Source of the DNA: Candidatus Krumholzibacteriia bacterium
GTDB lineage: Bacteria; Krumholzibacteriota; Krumholzibacteriia; Krumholzibacteriales; Krumholzibacteriaceae
Length of the DNA stretch: 64,000 nucleotides
Direction of reading: 5' to 3'
NCBI GenBank assembly: GCA_963836185.1
Contig: CAWIIQ010000001.1
Location: 2,240,001 to 2,304,000, forward strand
Shown: positions 45,583 to 54,238 of the stretch, piece by piece
How the letters are laid out: every line of letters starts with the position of its first letter
Position numbering within the stretch: the stretch's first letter is position 1
Notes under the pieces: model-generated
What the model was told of the DNA's origin: nothing
Database searches by the model: none
Seen by the model: only the letters and a program-made list of their open reading frames with translations
Program-made: the position numbers and the translations under genes

Positions 45583-45715
45583 CCTGTCCTCCTGTCGGAA
45601 TAAACTGTCATATAATTAGTTACCATGTTATTAAATACGCCTCCACCTCACGATTGTTCCAGAATAATCGCCTTCTTGACGGGTATATCGATTTACGCTA
45701 TATTCCACTCCTGTC

Positions 45716-46708
45716 ATGGAAAAAGTAGGACGCATAAATGCCATAAGGCTTTATCTGCGGGGGAATCTCAATTTCCTCCTGGGCAGGCCTCTTGTCGTCT
45801 CGTTCGAGGTGACCTCGTCGTGCAACGCCGACTGCAGGCACTGCGACAAGGGCGGGATCATCAAGGATGAGAAGCACCTCTCTCCCGATGAGATCGGCGC
45901 CATATACCGGAAGCTCAAGCCGGTCGCAGTGCAGCTCTCCGGGGGCGAGCCCCTCCTCAGAAAAGACATCATCGAGATAGTGCGGGCGATCAAGGAGAAG
46001 GGCGGAGCCCCCTACCTGATCCTCGTCTCCAACGGCCGGCTCCTGACAAAGGAGAAGTACCTCGCCCTCAAGGAGGCGGGCGTCGACCAGATCTCGATCT
46101 CCCTCGACTATCCGGACGAGAGGCACGACGAGTTCAGGAAGATACCGGGGCTCTTCAACTATCTCGAGCAGATAGTCCCTCAGCTTACAGCCGAGGGGAA
46201 CAACGACATCGCGATCAATACGGCGATATCGAGAGAAAACATGACCTCCCTGAGGATGATCTGCGACAGGGCGGAGGAATGGGGAGCGCAGATATCGTAC
46301 AGCGCCTACTCCTCGCTCAGAACCGGGGACACATCTCTCTCGATCAGCAGCGAAGAGGACCTGCGGACACTCAGGGCGGCCATCGATGAGCTGCAGGAGA
46401 TGAAGAGGGCGGGGCGCAGGATCAGAAATACACCCGCGATCCTCGAGAACACGTACGGGTTCTTCCGCGACGGCGGGGTCCCGGGGTGCAAGGCGGGATA
46501 CAGGTTCCTCCTCGTGACGCCGGAAGGTTATCACAGGCCCTGCGCGCACAAGCGCCTGAAGTACGGGTCCCAGAAGGAGCTGATCGAGAACTTCTCGAGG
46601 AACAATAATTGCGGCGGATGCTACGTGGCGATAAGGAGCTACTGCGACAAGTCGTACTTCGACCTCACCAAAGAGCAGATCATCGCGCGCCTGATGCACC
46701 AGACGTAG
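45716..46708 (+). CDS. Radical SAM protein with Twitch/SPASM-type C-terminal cysteines
   Basis: CNADCRHC (CxxxCxxC), SGGEPLLR, SNG, ISLD, CKAG....VTPEG..RPC and CGGCY; upstream TTGACG-17-TATATT promoter. Confidence 0.9.
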   Translation: MEKVGRINAIRLYLRGNLNFLLGRPLVVSFEVTSSCNADCRHCDKGGIIKDEKHLSPDEIGAIYRKLKPVAVQLSGGEPLLRKDIIEIVRAIKEKGGAPYLILVSNGRLLTKEKYLALKEAGVDQISISLDYPDERHDEFRKIPGLFNYLEQIVPQLTAEGNNDIAINTAISRENMTSLRMICDRAEEWGAQISYSAYSSLRTGDTSLSISSEEDLRTLRAAIDELQEMKRAGRRIRNTPAILENTYGFFRDGGVPGCKAGYRFLLVTPEGYHRPCAHKRLKYGSQKELIENFSRNNNCGGCYVAIRSYCDKSYFDLTKEQIIARLMHQT

Positions 46709-46734
46709 GGCGCGTTCTTATGAAAGAGATCAAC

Positions 46735-46764
46735 AAAAAAAGGGCGGCCTCCTGGCCGCCCTTT
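46735..46764. terminator. Bidirectional terminator between the two radical SAM genes
   Basis: A7-GGGCGGCC-tcct-GGCCGCCC-TTT. Confidence 0.85.
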
Positions 46765-46789
46765 CCATTATCGGTCTCTGTCACCTCTG

Positions 46790-48545
46790 TCAGGCATCCG
46801 CCCCTCTTTTACGGGCCTTCCATTCATCCATCGAGATCGAGTACTTCTTCTCGATCCTCTCACGGTGGACCGGCCCGGAGTTGTAGGCGCAGAACGGGTA
46901 GAGGCCCTCTGGCGTCGAGTAATGGATCACGCAGCGCTTGACCCTCTCCACGTCGTAGTTGTACCTGTCCTGGAAGTGCATCGCCGCCGCCATAAGGGTG
47001 CGGTATGTCGTCTCCCCGGTCTTCCCCCTGCCCGTGCCCTTGTCGGTAAGCCCTTTGAGGGTATGCATGAACATCTTGACGTCCATCCCCGCGGGAGCTT
47101 TTTTCGGGTCGAAGTATTTGCGGAAAAGACCCGGGACCCTGAGCTTGTAGAAGAAGGAGAAGCGTGAACTCTCTATCTTTTCGGCCAGTTCCTCCATCTC
47201 GGTGAAGAGCCCCTCGACATCGAAGAACCTCGTTATCGGCACGGCGTTGTGATCCTTGTCGACGACAAAATATGTCCCTGCCGAGCAGCAGGGATGAGAG
47301 GTAGCTGTGATCTTGGGATCGCCTGTCACCGCTGCCAGCAGCCTCGAAATAGGCGAGACCATCGAAAGGGGATAGAAATCCCTGCCGACCTCCGTCAGGC
47401 CCGTCCTGGAGATCTCCTCGGCCAGGTCGCCCATCGTGTAGCGCTGGCTCTCCCTCTCCTCTGTCGATATCCTGCCGGTAAAGGCGACCGGCTGGTAGGC
47501 GATCGCCGAGACGACATGGATATTGTCGATGGCGAACTGCAGGATCTTCGGCACCTGGTCGTCGTTGATCCCTTTGACGATCGTCGGGACGAGACAGGCC
47601 TTCATACCGGCCTTGTGGATGTTCTCGAGCGCCTTGCGCTTGATGTCCATCAGCTTCCTGCCCCTGGTGAACTCGTAGACCTCGTCATCTACCCCGTCGA
47701 ACTGCAGGTAGACGGTATGCAGTCCCGCTTCAGCGCATTTCTCGGCGAATCCGGGCTCCGCGAGGGTTATCCCGTTGCTCGCTATCTGGATATGGCTGAA
47801 TCCCATATCCCTCGCTGTGCTTATGATCCGCAGAAATTCGGGATGGATCGTCGGTTCGCCGCCGGAGAACTGTACAGCCGAAGCCGGTGTCGGCTTGTAG
47901 TCGCGCAGCGTCCTGAGCAATTGTACGATCTCATCGAAGCCGGGCTCATATATATAACCGGCGACGCTTGAGTTGGCGAAGCATATCGGGCAGGCGAGGT
48001 TGCACCTGTTCGTAAGGTCGACCTGGCCGAGAAGGGTATGGCTCTGGTGCATGTTGCAGATCCCGCAGTCAGCCGGGCAGTCTACCGCATCGGTGACGAC
48101 CGGGTTCTCGAGCCCTCTTCCCTCCTTGAAGGACCACTCCTGCATCTTGAGGTAAAGAGCGGTGTTTGTCATGACCCTGTCCCTGCAGTATCCGTGATCG
48201 GGGCATGTCTTTTCCATGTAGACATTACCGCGCCAGTCGTAGACCCGGCCGATCACCTTCCGGCCGCATTCGGGGCAGAGAGTCTCCACCGACTTGGGAA
48301 GAAGGCGTACAACCGGATTTATCCGGGACCCGGTATATGTCTGGATAGCATCTTCTGCCTCTACGAAGAGCCTGTCGTTCAGCTTCTCTTCCATGCGGCC
48401 GTGCTCGGGACAGTTCTTCTCGATGAAAGACCTCCCCGCTCTTCCAGACCATCATGCCTGGAACGACACGCTCACACTCGAGACACTGGGTCTCGACATT
48501 AAGAGGCAGTCCGGCCTTGACCGGATCGAACTTCACTCCGGCCAT
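46790..48545 (-). CDS. tes: Tetraether lipid synthase (Tes/GDGT-MAS, MJ0619 family) homolog; radical SAM enzyme (frameshift near 48425)
   Basis: CPEC..EKTCPDHG, CPADCGICNMH, DLTNRCNLACPICFA, QFSGGEPT, YLQFDG, QPVAFTGR, HPCC, MHFQD.YN.DVERV.RCVIHY.TP....PFC.YN. Confidence 0.85.
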
Positions 48546-48720
48546 GAAGACCTTTCTTTCTACTTCTGCAGCTGACGGAGTAGCTCCGGTCTTCTGCGCG
48601 ATTGTCGGGCGCAAATGTAGTCTCCGGAGGATTCATCATCAATTCCTTCCGATACCGGCCTCGAGGCGATGTCACATACTAGTCTTGTTTCTGAAGCAAG
48701 AATTTCCGTTTAACCAGAGA

Positions 48721-48749
48721 ATGGTATTGAACGGCCGGGTGAAAGTCAA
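48721..48749 (-). promoter_or_regulatory. Putative sigma70 promoter for the tes homolog
   Basis: Minus strand TTGACT, 17 bp spacer, TACCAT. Confidence 0.55.
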
Positions 48750-48776
48750 TATCAAAGAGAGATTTTTCCGGCGGGC

Positions 48777-49428
48777 TCAATACTCGATCAGCTCGTACCC
48801 GTCAGGCACGTAAAGCTCGAATTCGTCAGGGCCGACAGGCACTCCGGACTCCATTGAGCTCGAACTCGAAGATGAGCAGATCCCCTGAATGCTCGCGAAA
48901 GACCACGAGCCTGGGAAGGAAATCGCCGGGGTCAAGCCCCAGCTCTATCATGGAGAAATACGGGGATATCTCATCGGATGTCGGTACCATCTCGAGAATG
49001 ATCAGGCCGTTCTCCTCCCCTTTCAGCGATATATCGAAATCCTCTTTCATGCCTGTCCCGCACGAGCCGAATCCGACTATCGACATGACCCTGTCAGTGC
49101 TCGAGCCTCCCAGCCTTACCTTCTGGATCTGCCTGATATGGGGCAGCACGGTCCAGGCGACATCCCCGTTTACCACCGTACTCGTACTGTCGGGCGAGGT
49201 GAAGCGCCAGCTCAGCATGCCTGGCCGGAGAAATGTGAAATCACCGGATGATTCTTCCTTCTCGTCGAAGAGGGTAAAGACCTTGGTCTGCGTAAACCCT
49301 GCCCTCAGGGAAACGAGCGATTCCCTCGCCGCGCAGTGCGCGTCGAGCACATCGTCGAGCTGGAGTCCCTGCCCACGGGCTGGAGAAAAGAGAAGAAGAA
49401 AAACTGCCAGGAATATCGATACCTTCAT
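48777..49428 (-). CDS. LolA-family periplasmic carrier protein (frameshift near the C-terminus)
   Basis: Signal peptide; SLRAGFTQ, SGDF.F.RPG.L.W.F..P, V.NG; the shifted frame ends FELYVPDGYELIEY*. Confidence 0.82.
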
Positions 49429-49429
49429 A

Positions 49430-50095
49430 TCATTCCCCTCCCGAACGGCGCTTCTCTATGAGTTTCGAGATCCCTTTGATCGCGCCTATCAGGACTGTCG
49501 CTAGAAAGACGTAGAATATCGCCTTGTTAGAGAGCTTCAGCTCGTATCCGAGCCAGGCGAGCAGAAGGTAGCGGGGGAACCGGCCGGCAAAGGTGGCCAG
49601 CGTGTACTTCACCCTCGAGTACCCGGTGGATACGGCCAGTATCCGCACTATATCTATCGGGATCGGCACGAACGAAGCAATCGTCAGTGTCAGGAAAGGA
49701 GCCCTCTCGAACCACTTCACCGCGCTGAGATAGAACCCCCTCTTCTTAACCTTCCCGATGCGGTCAAGGCCGAAGAGATAGTTGAGTATATAGTAGTCGT
49801 GAAGGTTGGCCATGCAGGTCCCCGCGGCGGCAATCAGCGCGACGCTCAGAGGATCGGTCTCCCGCGCCGCCCAGAGAATGATCCACGCGGTAGGCAGGGG
49901 CAGAAAGGTGCACGCCACACTGGTGTAGAGCAGAAGCAGCAGCATTATCTCGAACGGGGCAAACGAGTCGACTTCGCGGCTCAGCAGGTAGAGTGCCCCC
50001 GCCGCGACGAGGAATACGGCGAAAGAAGCGATCCATCTCTTCGCCGAGATATCACGCGTTTCCCGGATCACGGCCGCGTCGGGACATTCGCTCAT
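49430..50095 (-). CDS. DedA/VTT (SNARE-associated) family membrane protein
   Basis: TFLPLP, A..AAAG...A....Y, F.PIP.D, F.GRFPRY; multiple TMs. Confidence 0.8.
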   Translation of the reverse strand: MSECPDAAVIRETRDISAKRWIASFAVFLVAAGALYLLSREVDSFAPFEIMLLLLLYTSVACTFLPLPTAWIILWAARETDPLSVALIAAAGTCMANLHDYYILNYLFGLDRIGKVKKRGFYLSAVKWFERAPFLTLTIASFVPIPIDIVRILAVSTGYSRVKYTLATFAGRFPRYLLLAWLGYELKLSNKAIFYVFLATVLIGAIKGISKLIEKRRSGGE

Positions 50096-50772
50096 GCCCC
50101 CGCTCCTTCTCCGTCTACAGTCATTCCATCCTTCATCTCGATTATCCTGTCGGTCATCGAGGCGAGCGTCCGGTCATGTGTGATCATGAGTATCGTGTGC
50201 CCGTGATCGGAGCTCATCGCCCTGAACAGGTCCATGATGTTGAGCGAGTTCTCGGAGTCGAGATTTCCGGTAGGCTCATCGGCGAGCAGTATCTTCGGCT
50301 CCTTGATAAGGGCGCGTGCGACGGCCACTCTCTGCTGCTCTCCCTGGGAGAGATCGAGCGGCCTCATGTCCATCTTGTGCTCCAGCCCGACACGCTCGAG
50401 CATCGCACTGATACGGCTTTCGGCGCCGCCGAGCCTCCCCTGGATCCTGCACGCGATCCTGAGGTTATCGTATACGCTGAGCGCGCCGATCAGGTTGAAC
50501 TTCTGGAAGACGAACCCGATATTTTCGCGCCTGAACGCCGTGAGCTGTGAATCGCTCGCTCCCGTGATATCAAAACCATCGATCTCGGCACTTCCCGATG
50601 TGGCCTTCAGAAGGCCGCCGAGAAGGTAGAGCAGGGTCGACTTTCCGCACCCCGACGGACCGGCCACCGCGGTGAATCCGCCCTCATCGATCTCGAAGTC
50701 GACGCCCCTGAGGGCATGCACGACTACCCTTCCCGTCCTGTAATCCTTATTGAGATCTTTTACCCTTATCAT
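50092..50772 (-). CDS. ABC transporter ATP-binding protein (LolD/MacB type)
   Basis: GPSGCGKST, IGFVFQ.FNL, LSQGEQQRVAVARAL, ADEPTGNLD, ITHD. Confidence 0.95.
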   Translation of the reverse strand: MIRVKDLNKDYRTGRVVVHALRGVDFEIDEGGFTAVAGPSGCGKSTLLYLLGGLLKATSGSAEIDGFDITGASDSQLTAFRRENIGFVFQKFNLIGALSVYDNLRIACRIQGRLGGAESRISAMLERVGLEHKMDMRPLDLSQGEQQRVAVARALIKEPKILLADEPTGNLDSENSLNIMDLFRAMSSDHGHTILMITHDRTLASMTDRIIEMKDGMTVDGEGAGA

Positions 50773-50777
50773 ATTCC

Positions 50778-51872
50778 TTACTCGTAACTCAGTGCCTCGA
50801 CCGCGTCGTGCCTGACTGCTATATACGCCGGATATAGAGCGCCGATGACTCCCCCGGCTATCCCGAGAAGGCTCCCGGTGACCATCCAGTATGCAGTGAC
50901 CTCGATCGTCAGAAGCGGGTATACCATACCAAGGTACTTCACTGCCGCGAATGTCAGGATAAAACCGACTACGACGCCGCAGACGGTCAGGATGACCGAT
51001 TCGAGGAGGATGTTTCCCATTATGAAGGCCCTCGACGCGCCGAGTGACTTGAGGATGCCTATCTCCTTCGTACGCTCCATTATAGTCGTATACATCGCCA
51101 GCAGGATGACCAGCAGGCTCACTATCAGGGTCGTCGCGGTGATCGCTCCGATGAATTCCTTCAGCCCGCTCATCGAGTCAGCCATCTCGTCGGCGAAATT
51201 CTCGAGAAGCTGGCACTTCACACCCTTGATCTCCGATTCGATCCTTTGAGCAGTCGGCTTCACCGCTTCGGGCGAGTCGCACCTGACGAAGAACAGGGAG
51301 ACCCTGTCCTCCTGATGAAGCATTGACTGGAGCTCGCTCTTGAGCATGAATATCCTCGCTCCGATCCCTTCCTTCGATATACCGACGATACCGAAGGAGG
51401 TTCCGAGCATCTCGATGTTGTCTCCGATGACCAGCCCTGTCGCGGCGGCCATCCTCGAGTCGATCACGATCTCTCCGTCGGCGGAAAGCTGCCTCCCCTC
51501 GACGATCTTCAGCTCGCCGCCTATCGTCGAGAACTGGGCAGGATCGATCCCGTAGACGACATAGAACTGGTTCCTGAATGTCGTCGTCCATGTGACGACC
51601 GGAGATACGGCGCTCACTCCTTCGACTTCCGATATCAGTTTTCCGTATTTCTCGGGGATTATGCCGCTCTTGAGGGCAAAGAAGTTAGTGGCGCCTGCCT
51701 GCTGGACGATCATGTCGCCCCCGACGTTCTGTATCCGTGACGCGACCTCGTTGATAGAGCCCCGAGTCATCCCCACGAGGACGAGCAGCAGGGTCACGCC
51801 GATGGCAACGGCCAGGATGCTGATCATGCTCCTGACCTTTCTCTGAAGTATATTGGCTAACGCGAGTGTCAC
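50778..51872 (-). CDS. ABC transporter permease (type VII, LolE/MacB/FtsX-like)
   Basis: TM1, periplasmic domain, then three TMs; ERTKEIGILKSLGA and YPA..A....VEAL.YE. Confidence 0.92.
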   Translation of the reverse strand: MTLALANILQRKVRSMISILAVAIGVTLLLVLVGMTRGSINEVASRIQNVGGDMIVQQAGATNFFALKSGIIPEKYGKLISEVEGVSAVSPVVTWTTTFRNQFYVVYGIDPAQFSTIGGELKIVEGRQLSADGEIVIDSRMAAATGLVIGDNIEMLGTSFGIVGISKEGIGARIFMLKSELQSMLHQEDRVSLFFVRCDSPEAVKPTAQRIESEIKGVKCQLLENFADEMADSMSGLKEFIGAITATTLIVSLLVILLAMYTTIMERTKEIGILKSLGASRAFIMGNILLESVILTVCGVVVGFILTFAAVKYLGMVYPLLTIEVTAYWMVTGSLLGIAGGVIGALYPAYIAVRHDAVEALSYE

Positions 51873-52756
51873 TCTTCATCGTCCTGGTCGAGCCTGATGA
51901 CCTTCGTGCCGAGGGGCGCCTCGAACCTGAACGCCTCCGGCGGTATACCGGTCGGGTTCAGTGTCAGATCCCGTATCCTTATCGAGATCTCCCTGCCCGA
52001 ATCGGGTTTGAATATCGTGATCTCCAGGGGATAATGCAAGCCGTCTGAAAGCGTATGCTTCGACCTGCGCAACTCGAGGTCCTCCCCGCCAGCCGGATTG
52101 TAGTATTTTTCCATGACGACCGCGAACATCTTTTTTTCTATCCACAGCCTCCGCAGCAGGCTGCCGTCACGCGTCAGTGTAAGGATATAGACTCCCGACT
52201 CCTCGCTCAACCCTGCGACATCTGCCGGATCGAAGGGCTCGACGAAGAGCGCCCTCGACAGGTCCGCCGCCTCGAGATCGACCTCGGCCGTATCGGCAGT
52301 TTCCACCCGGTCGTACGGCCCGGAATAGACGACCTTCTCGCTCGGGATGTGCAGCCAGAACCCGGTACCGTCACTCTTCAATGTGAAGAATGAAGGAATC
52401 AAATTCTTGTATCCCTTGAGGTATATCTTCGAGCCGATGCCTTCCCATTCGGATCTGAGCGCGACAAGTTTTCCCTGGCACCCCTTTACCTTTTCACCAG
52501 GTGCGCGAAGGAAGAACATGTCGAGGTCGGCCTTTATCCCACGCACGCTGCCAGACCGTGCGTTGATTCCATCGACCAGCTCTGCCGCAGTAGCCTCGAG
52601 CTCCGGCATCATCGTCGTGTCGACGGGTTCTACGTTCGGATCTCCAGCACAGCCGCAGGTGACAATGACAGTCAGCACGAAAAGGTTCCGGGCACGCGCC
52701 AGGACACGACCTGGAACAATATTACAATTTCTGGTGATCAATATCTCCTGCTTCAT
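51869..52756 (-). CDS. Lipoprotein with probable LolA/LolB-like fold (DUF4292-like)
   Basis: Lipobox VTCGC; SDG..FWL.IP, RRLWI, YP..I.I..P and C-terminal F.FEAP.G; start uncertain. Confidence 0.6.
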   Translation of the reverse strand: MKQEILITRNCNIVPGRVLARARNLFVLTVIVTCGCAGDPNVEPVDTTMMPELEATAAELVDGINARSGSVRGIKADLDMFFLRAPGEKVKGCQGKLVALRSEWEGIGSKIYLKGYKNLIPSFFTLKSDGTGFWLHIPSEKVVYSGPYDRVETADTAEVDLEAADLSRALFVEPFDPADVAGLSEESGVYILTLTRDGSLLRRLWIEKKMFAVVMEKYYNPAGGEDLELRRSKHTLSDGLHYPLEITIFKPDSGREISIRIRDLTLNPTGIPPEAFRFEAPLGTKVIRLDQDDEE

Positions 52757-52825
52757 AAAGGCAGAGCCTTCTTAATCTTCCTGCCTTCTCAGGCGTATAG
52801 TAGGGGCAACTGTCGACATGAAGCG

Positions 52826-54238
52826 TCAATCGGAGCTTTCCTCTTCACCTTCCGGTCCCCAACCCCCTCCGAGGGATTTGTAAAGCAAGATATAGGAGTT
52901 AAGGTATGTCTGCCTGAGTTCGGAGAGCTCGAGCTCAACACCAAACAGGGTCCTCTCGGTCTCGAGCACCTCGAGGTAGCTGGTCACTCCCTTGTCATAC
53001 CGCTCAGCCGACAGCCGGGCCGCGTTCCTCGCCGCTGCCAGCTTACGCTCCGCCGCTTCCATCTGGTCCCTGTAGGTCCTGACGCCTGTGAGGGCGTCCT
53101 CGACCTCCCTGAACGCCTCAAGGACGGTGTTCTCGTACTGCAGGACTGACTGCCAGGCCCGCTCCCTCTCAATATCTACCCGCCTGCTGTTCTTCCCGAA
53201 ATTGAAGATCGGCCCAGCCAGAGTGCCGGCGACCGACCAGGCGGCGTCTCCTGTCGTGAAGGTCGACAGGTCGTCACTCGCGAAGCCCAGTATCCCGGTC
53301 AGGCCGATCGCGGGTAGCCTCATCGCCTGGGCCACCCCGATCCTGGCGTTCTGTGCCTTGGCCAGATACTTTGCCTGCAGGATGTCCGGCCGCCTGTCGA
53401 GAAGGCCTGAAGGGATCCCCGGGGGGATGTCGGGAGGGATGGTCCTGTCGAAGATATCTCCATACAATCCGAGATCAGCAGGCGTTCTTCCCAGGAGCAC
53501 GCTTAAAGCGTTCTCCGTCACAGCTATGAGGCGCTCGTAGACAGGGACGGCGCCGACGGCTATCTCCAGCTGGATCTCCGCCTGGTTAACGTCGAGCTCG
53601 GGGATAATACCCTTGTCGAACCGCTGCTGGATTATGTGGAGGCTCCCTTTCCTCGATTCAACTGTATGCCTCGATATATCTAGCCTGTGCATGTAGTCAA
53701 GGAGCAGGAAGTATGTCCTGGCGACTTCCGAGATGAGACTGAGCTGCACGCTCCGGAGCGAGTACTCGGAGGCCATCAGCTCGGAGGCTGCGGCCTCGTT
53801 CGAGCGGCGGAACTTTCCCCAGAAATCGATCTCCCAGCTCAGGGCCGGAGCGAGGTAGTAGTTCTCGTTAATCGTCTCGGACTTGTTCGTACCGAGGAGA
53901 TTGCCCCTCGAGGCGCCCCCGACTATATCGAGCTTGGGATAGATATCTGCCTTGGTGAATCCCAGCGCAGCCCTGGCCTCCTCGATCCTGCTTGCCGCGA
54001 TCAGCGCGGTTTTGTTCTCACGTAGGGCCGTGGCAATCAGAGAATCGAGGACCGCGTCCTCGAACAGGTCCCACCAGGCAAGCTCGAGACGGGGATCGAT
54101 CCGGAGCGAATCAAATGTGTCGGCCCTGTACGATTCGGGTGTCTCGACGACAGGTTCCTCGAAATCGGGACCCATCGCGCAACCGGCCAACACCGCCGTA
54201 AATATGACTATGAATATCCTGACAGATCGATCCATCAT
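52826..54238 (-). CDS. RND efflux outer-membrane lipoprotein (NodT/OprM family)
   Basis: LAGCAMGPDF, WW..F.D..L, WEIDFWG, LL.RRPDI, LYKSLGGGW. Confidence 0.95.
   Translation of the reverse strand: MMDRSVRIFIVIFTAVLAGCAMGPDFEEPVVETPESYRADTFDSLRIDPRLELAWWDLFEDAVLDSLIATALRENKTALIAASRIEEARAALGFTKADIYPKLDIVGGASRGNLLGTNKSETINENYYLAPALSWEIDFWGKFRRSNEAAASELMASEYSLRSVQLSLISEVARTYFLLLDYMHRLDISRHTVESRKGSLHIIQQRFDKGIIPELDVNQAEIQLEIAVGAVPVYERLIAVTENALSVLLGRTPADLGLYGDIFDRTIPPDIPPGIPSGLLDRRPDILQAKYLAKAQNARIGVAQAMRLPAIGLTGILGFASDDLSTFTTGDAAWSVAGTLAGPIFNFGKNSRRVDIERERAWQSVLQYENTVLEAFREVEDALTGVRTYRDQMEAAERKLAAARNAARLSAERYDKGVTSYLEVLETERTLFGVELELSELRQTYLNSYILLYKSLGGGWGPEGEEESSD

Noticed and set aside
46790-48394. 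MoaA or pterin methyltransferase annotation for the radical SAM gene
   Set aside because: No MoaA C-terminal signature. The motif set matches the MJ0619 family, whose older pterin-methylase label was superseded by the tetraether synthase function.
48415-48435. Programmed frameshifting or recoding in tes and the other split genes
   Set aside because: No slippery heptamer or stimulatory structure is evident, and similar indels are widespread, so sequencing error is the simpler explanation.
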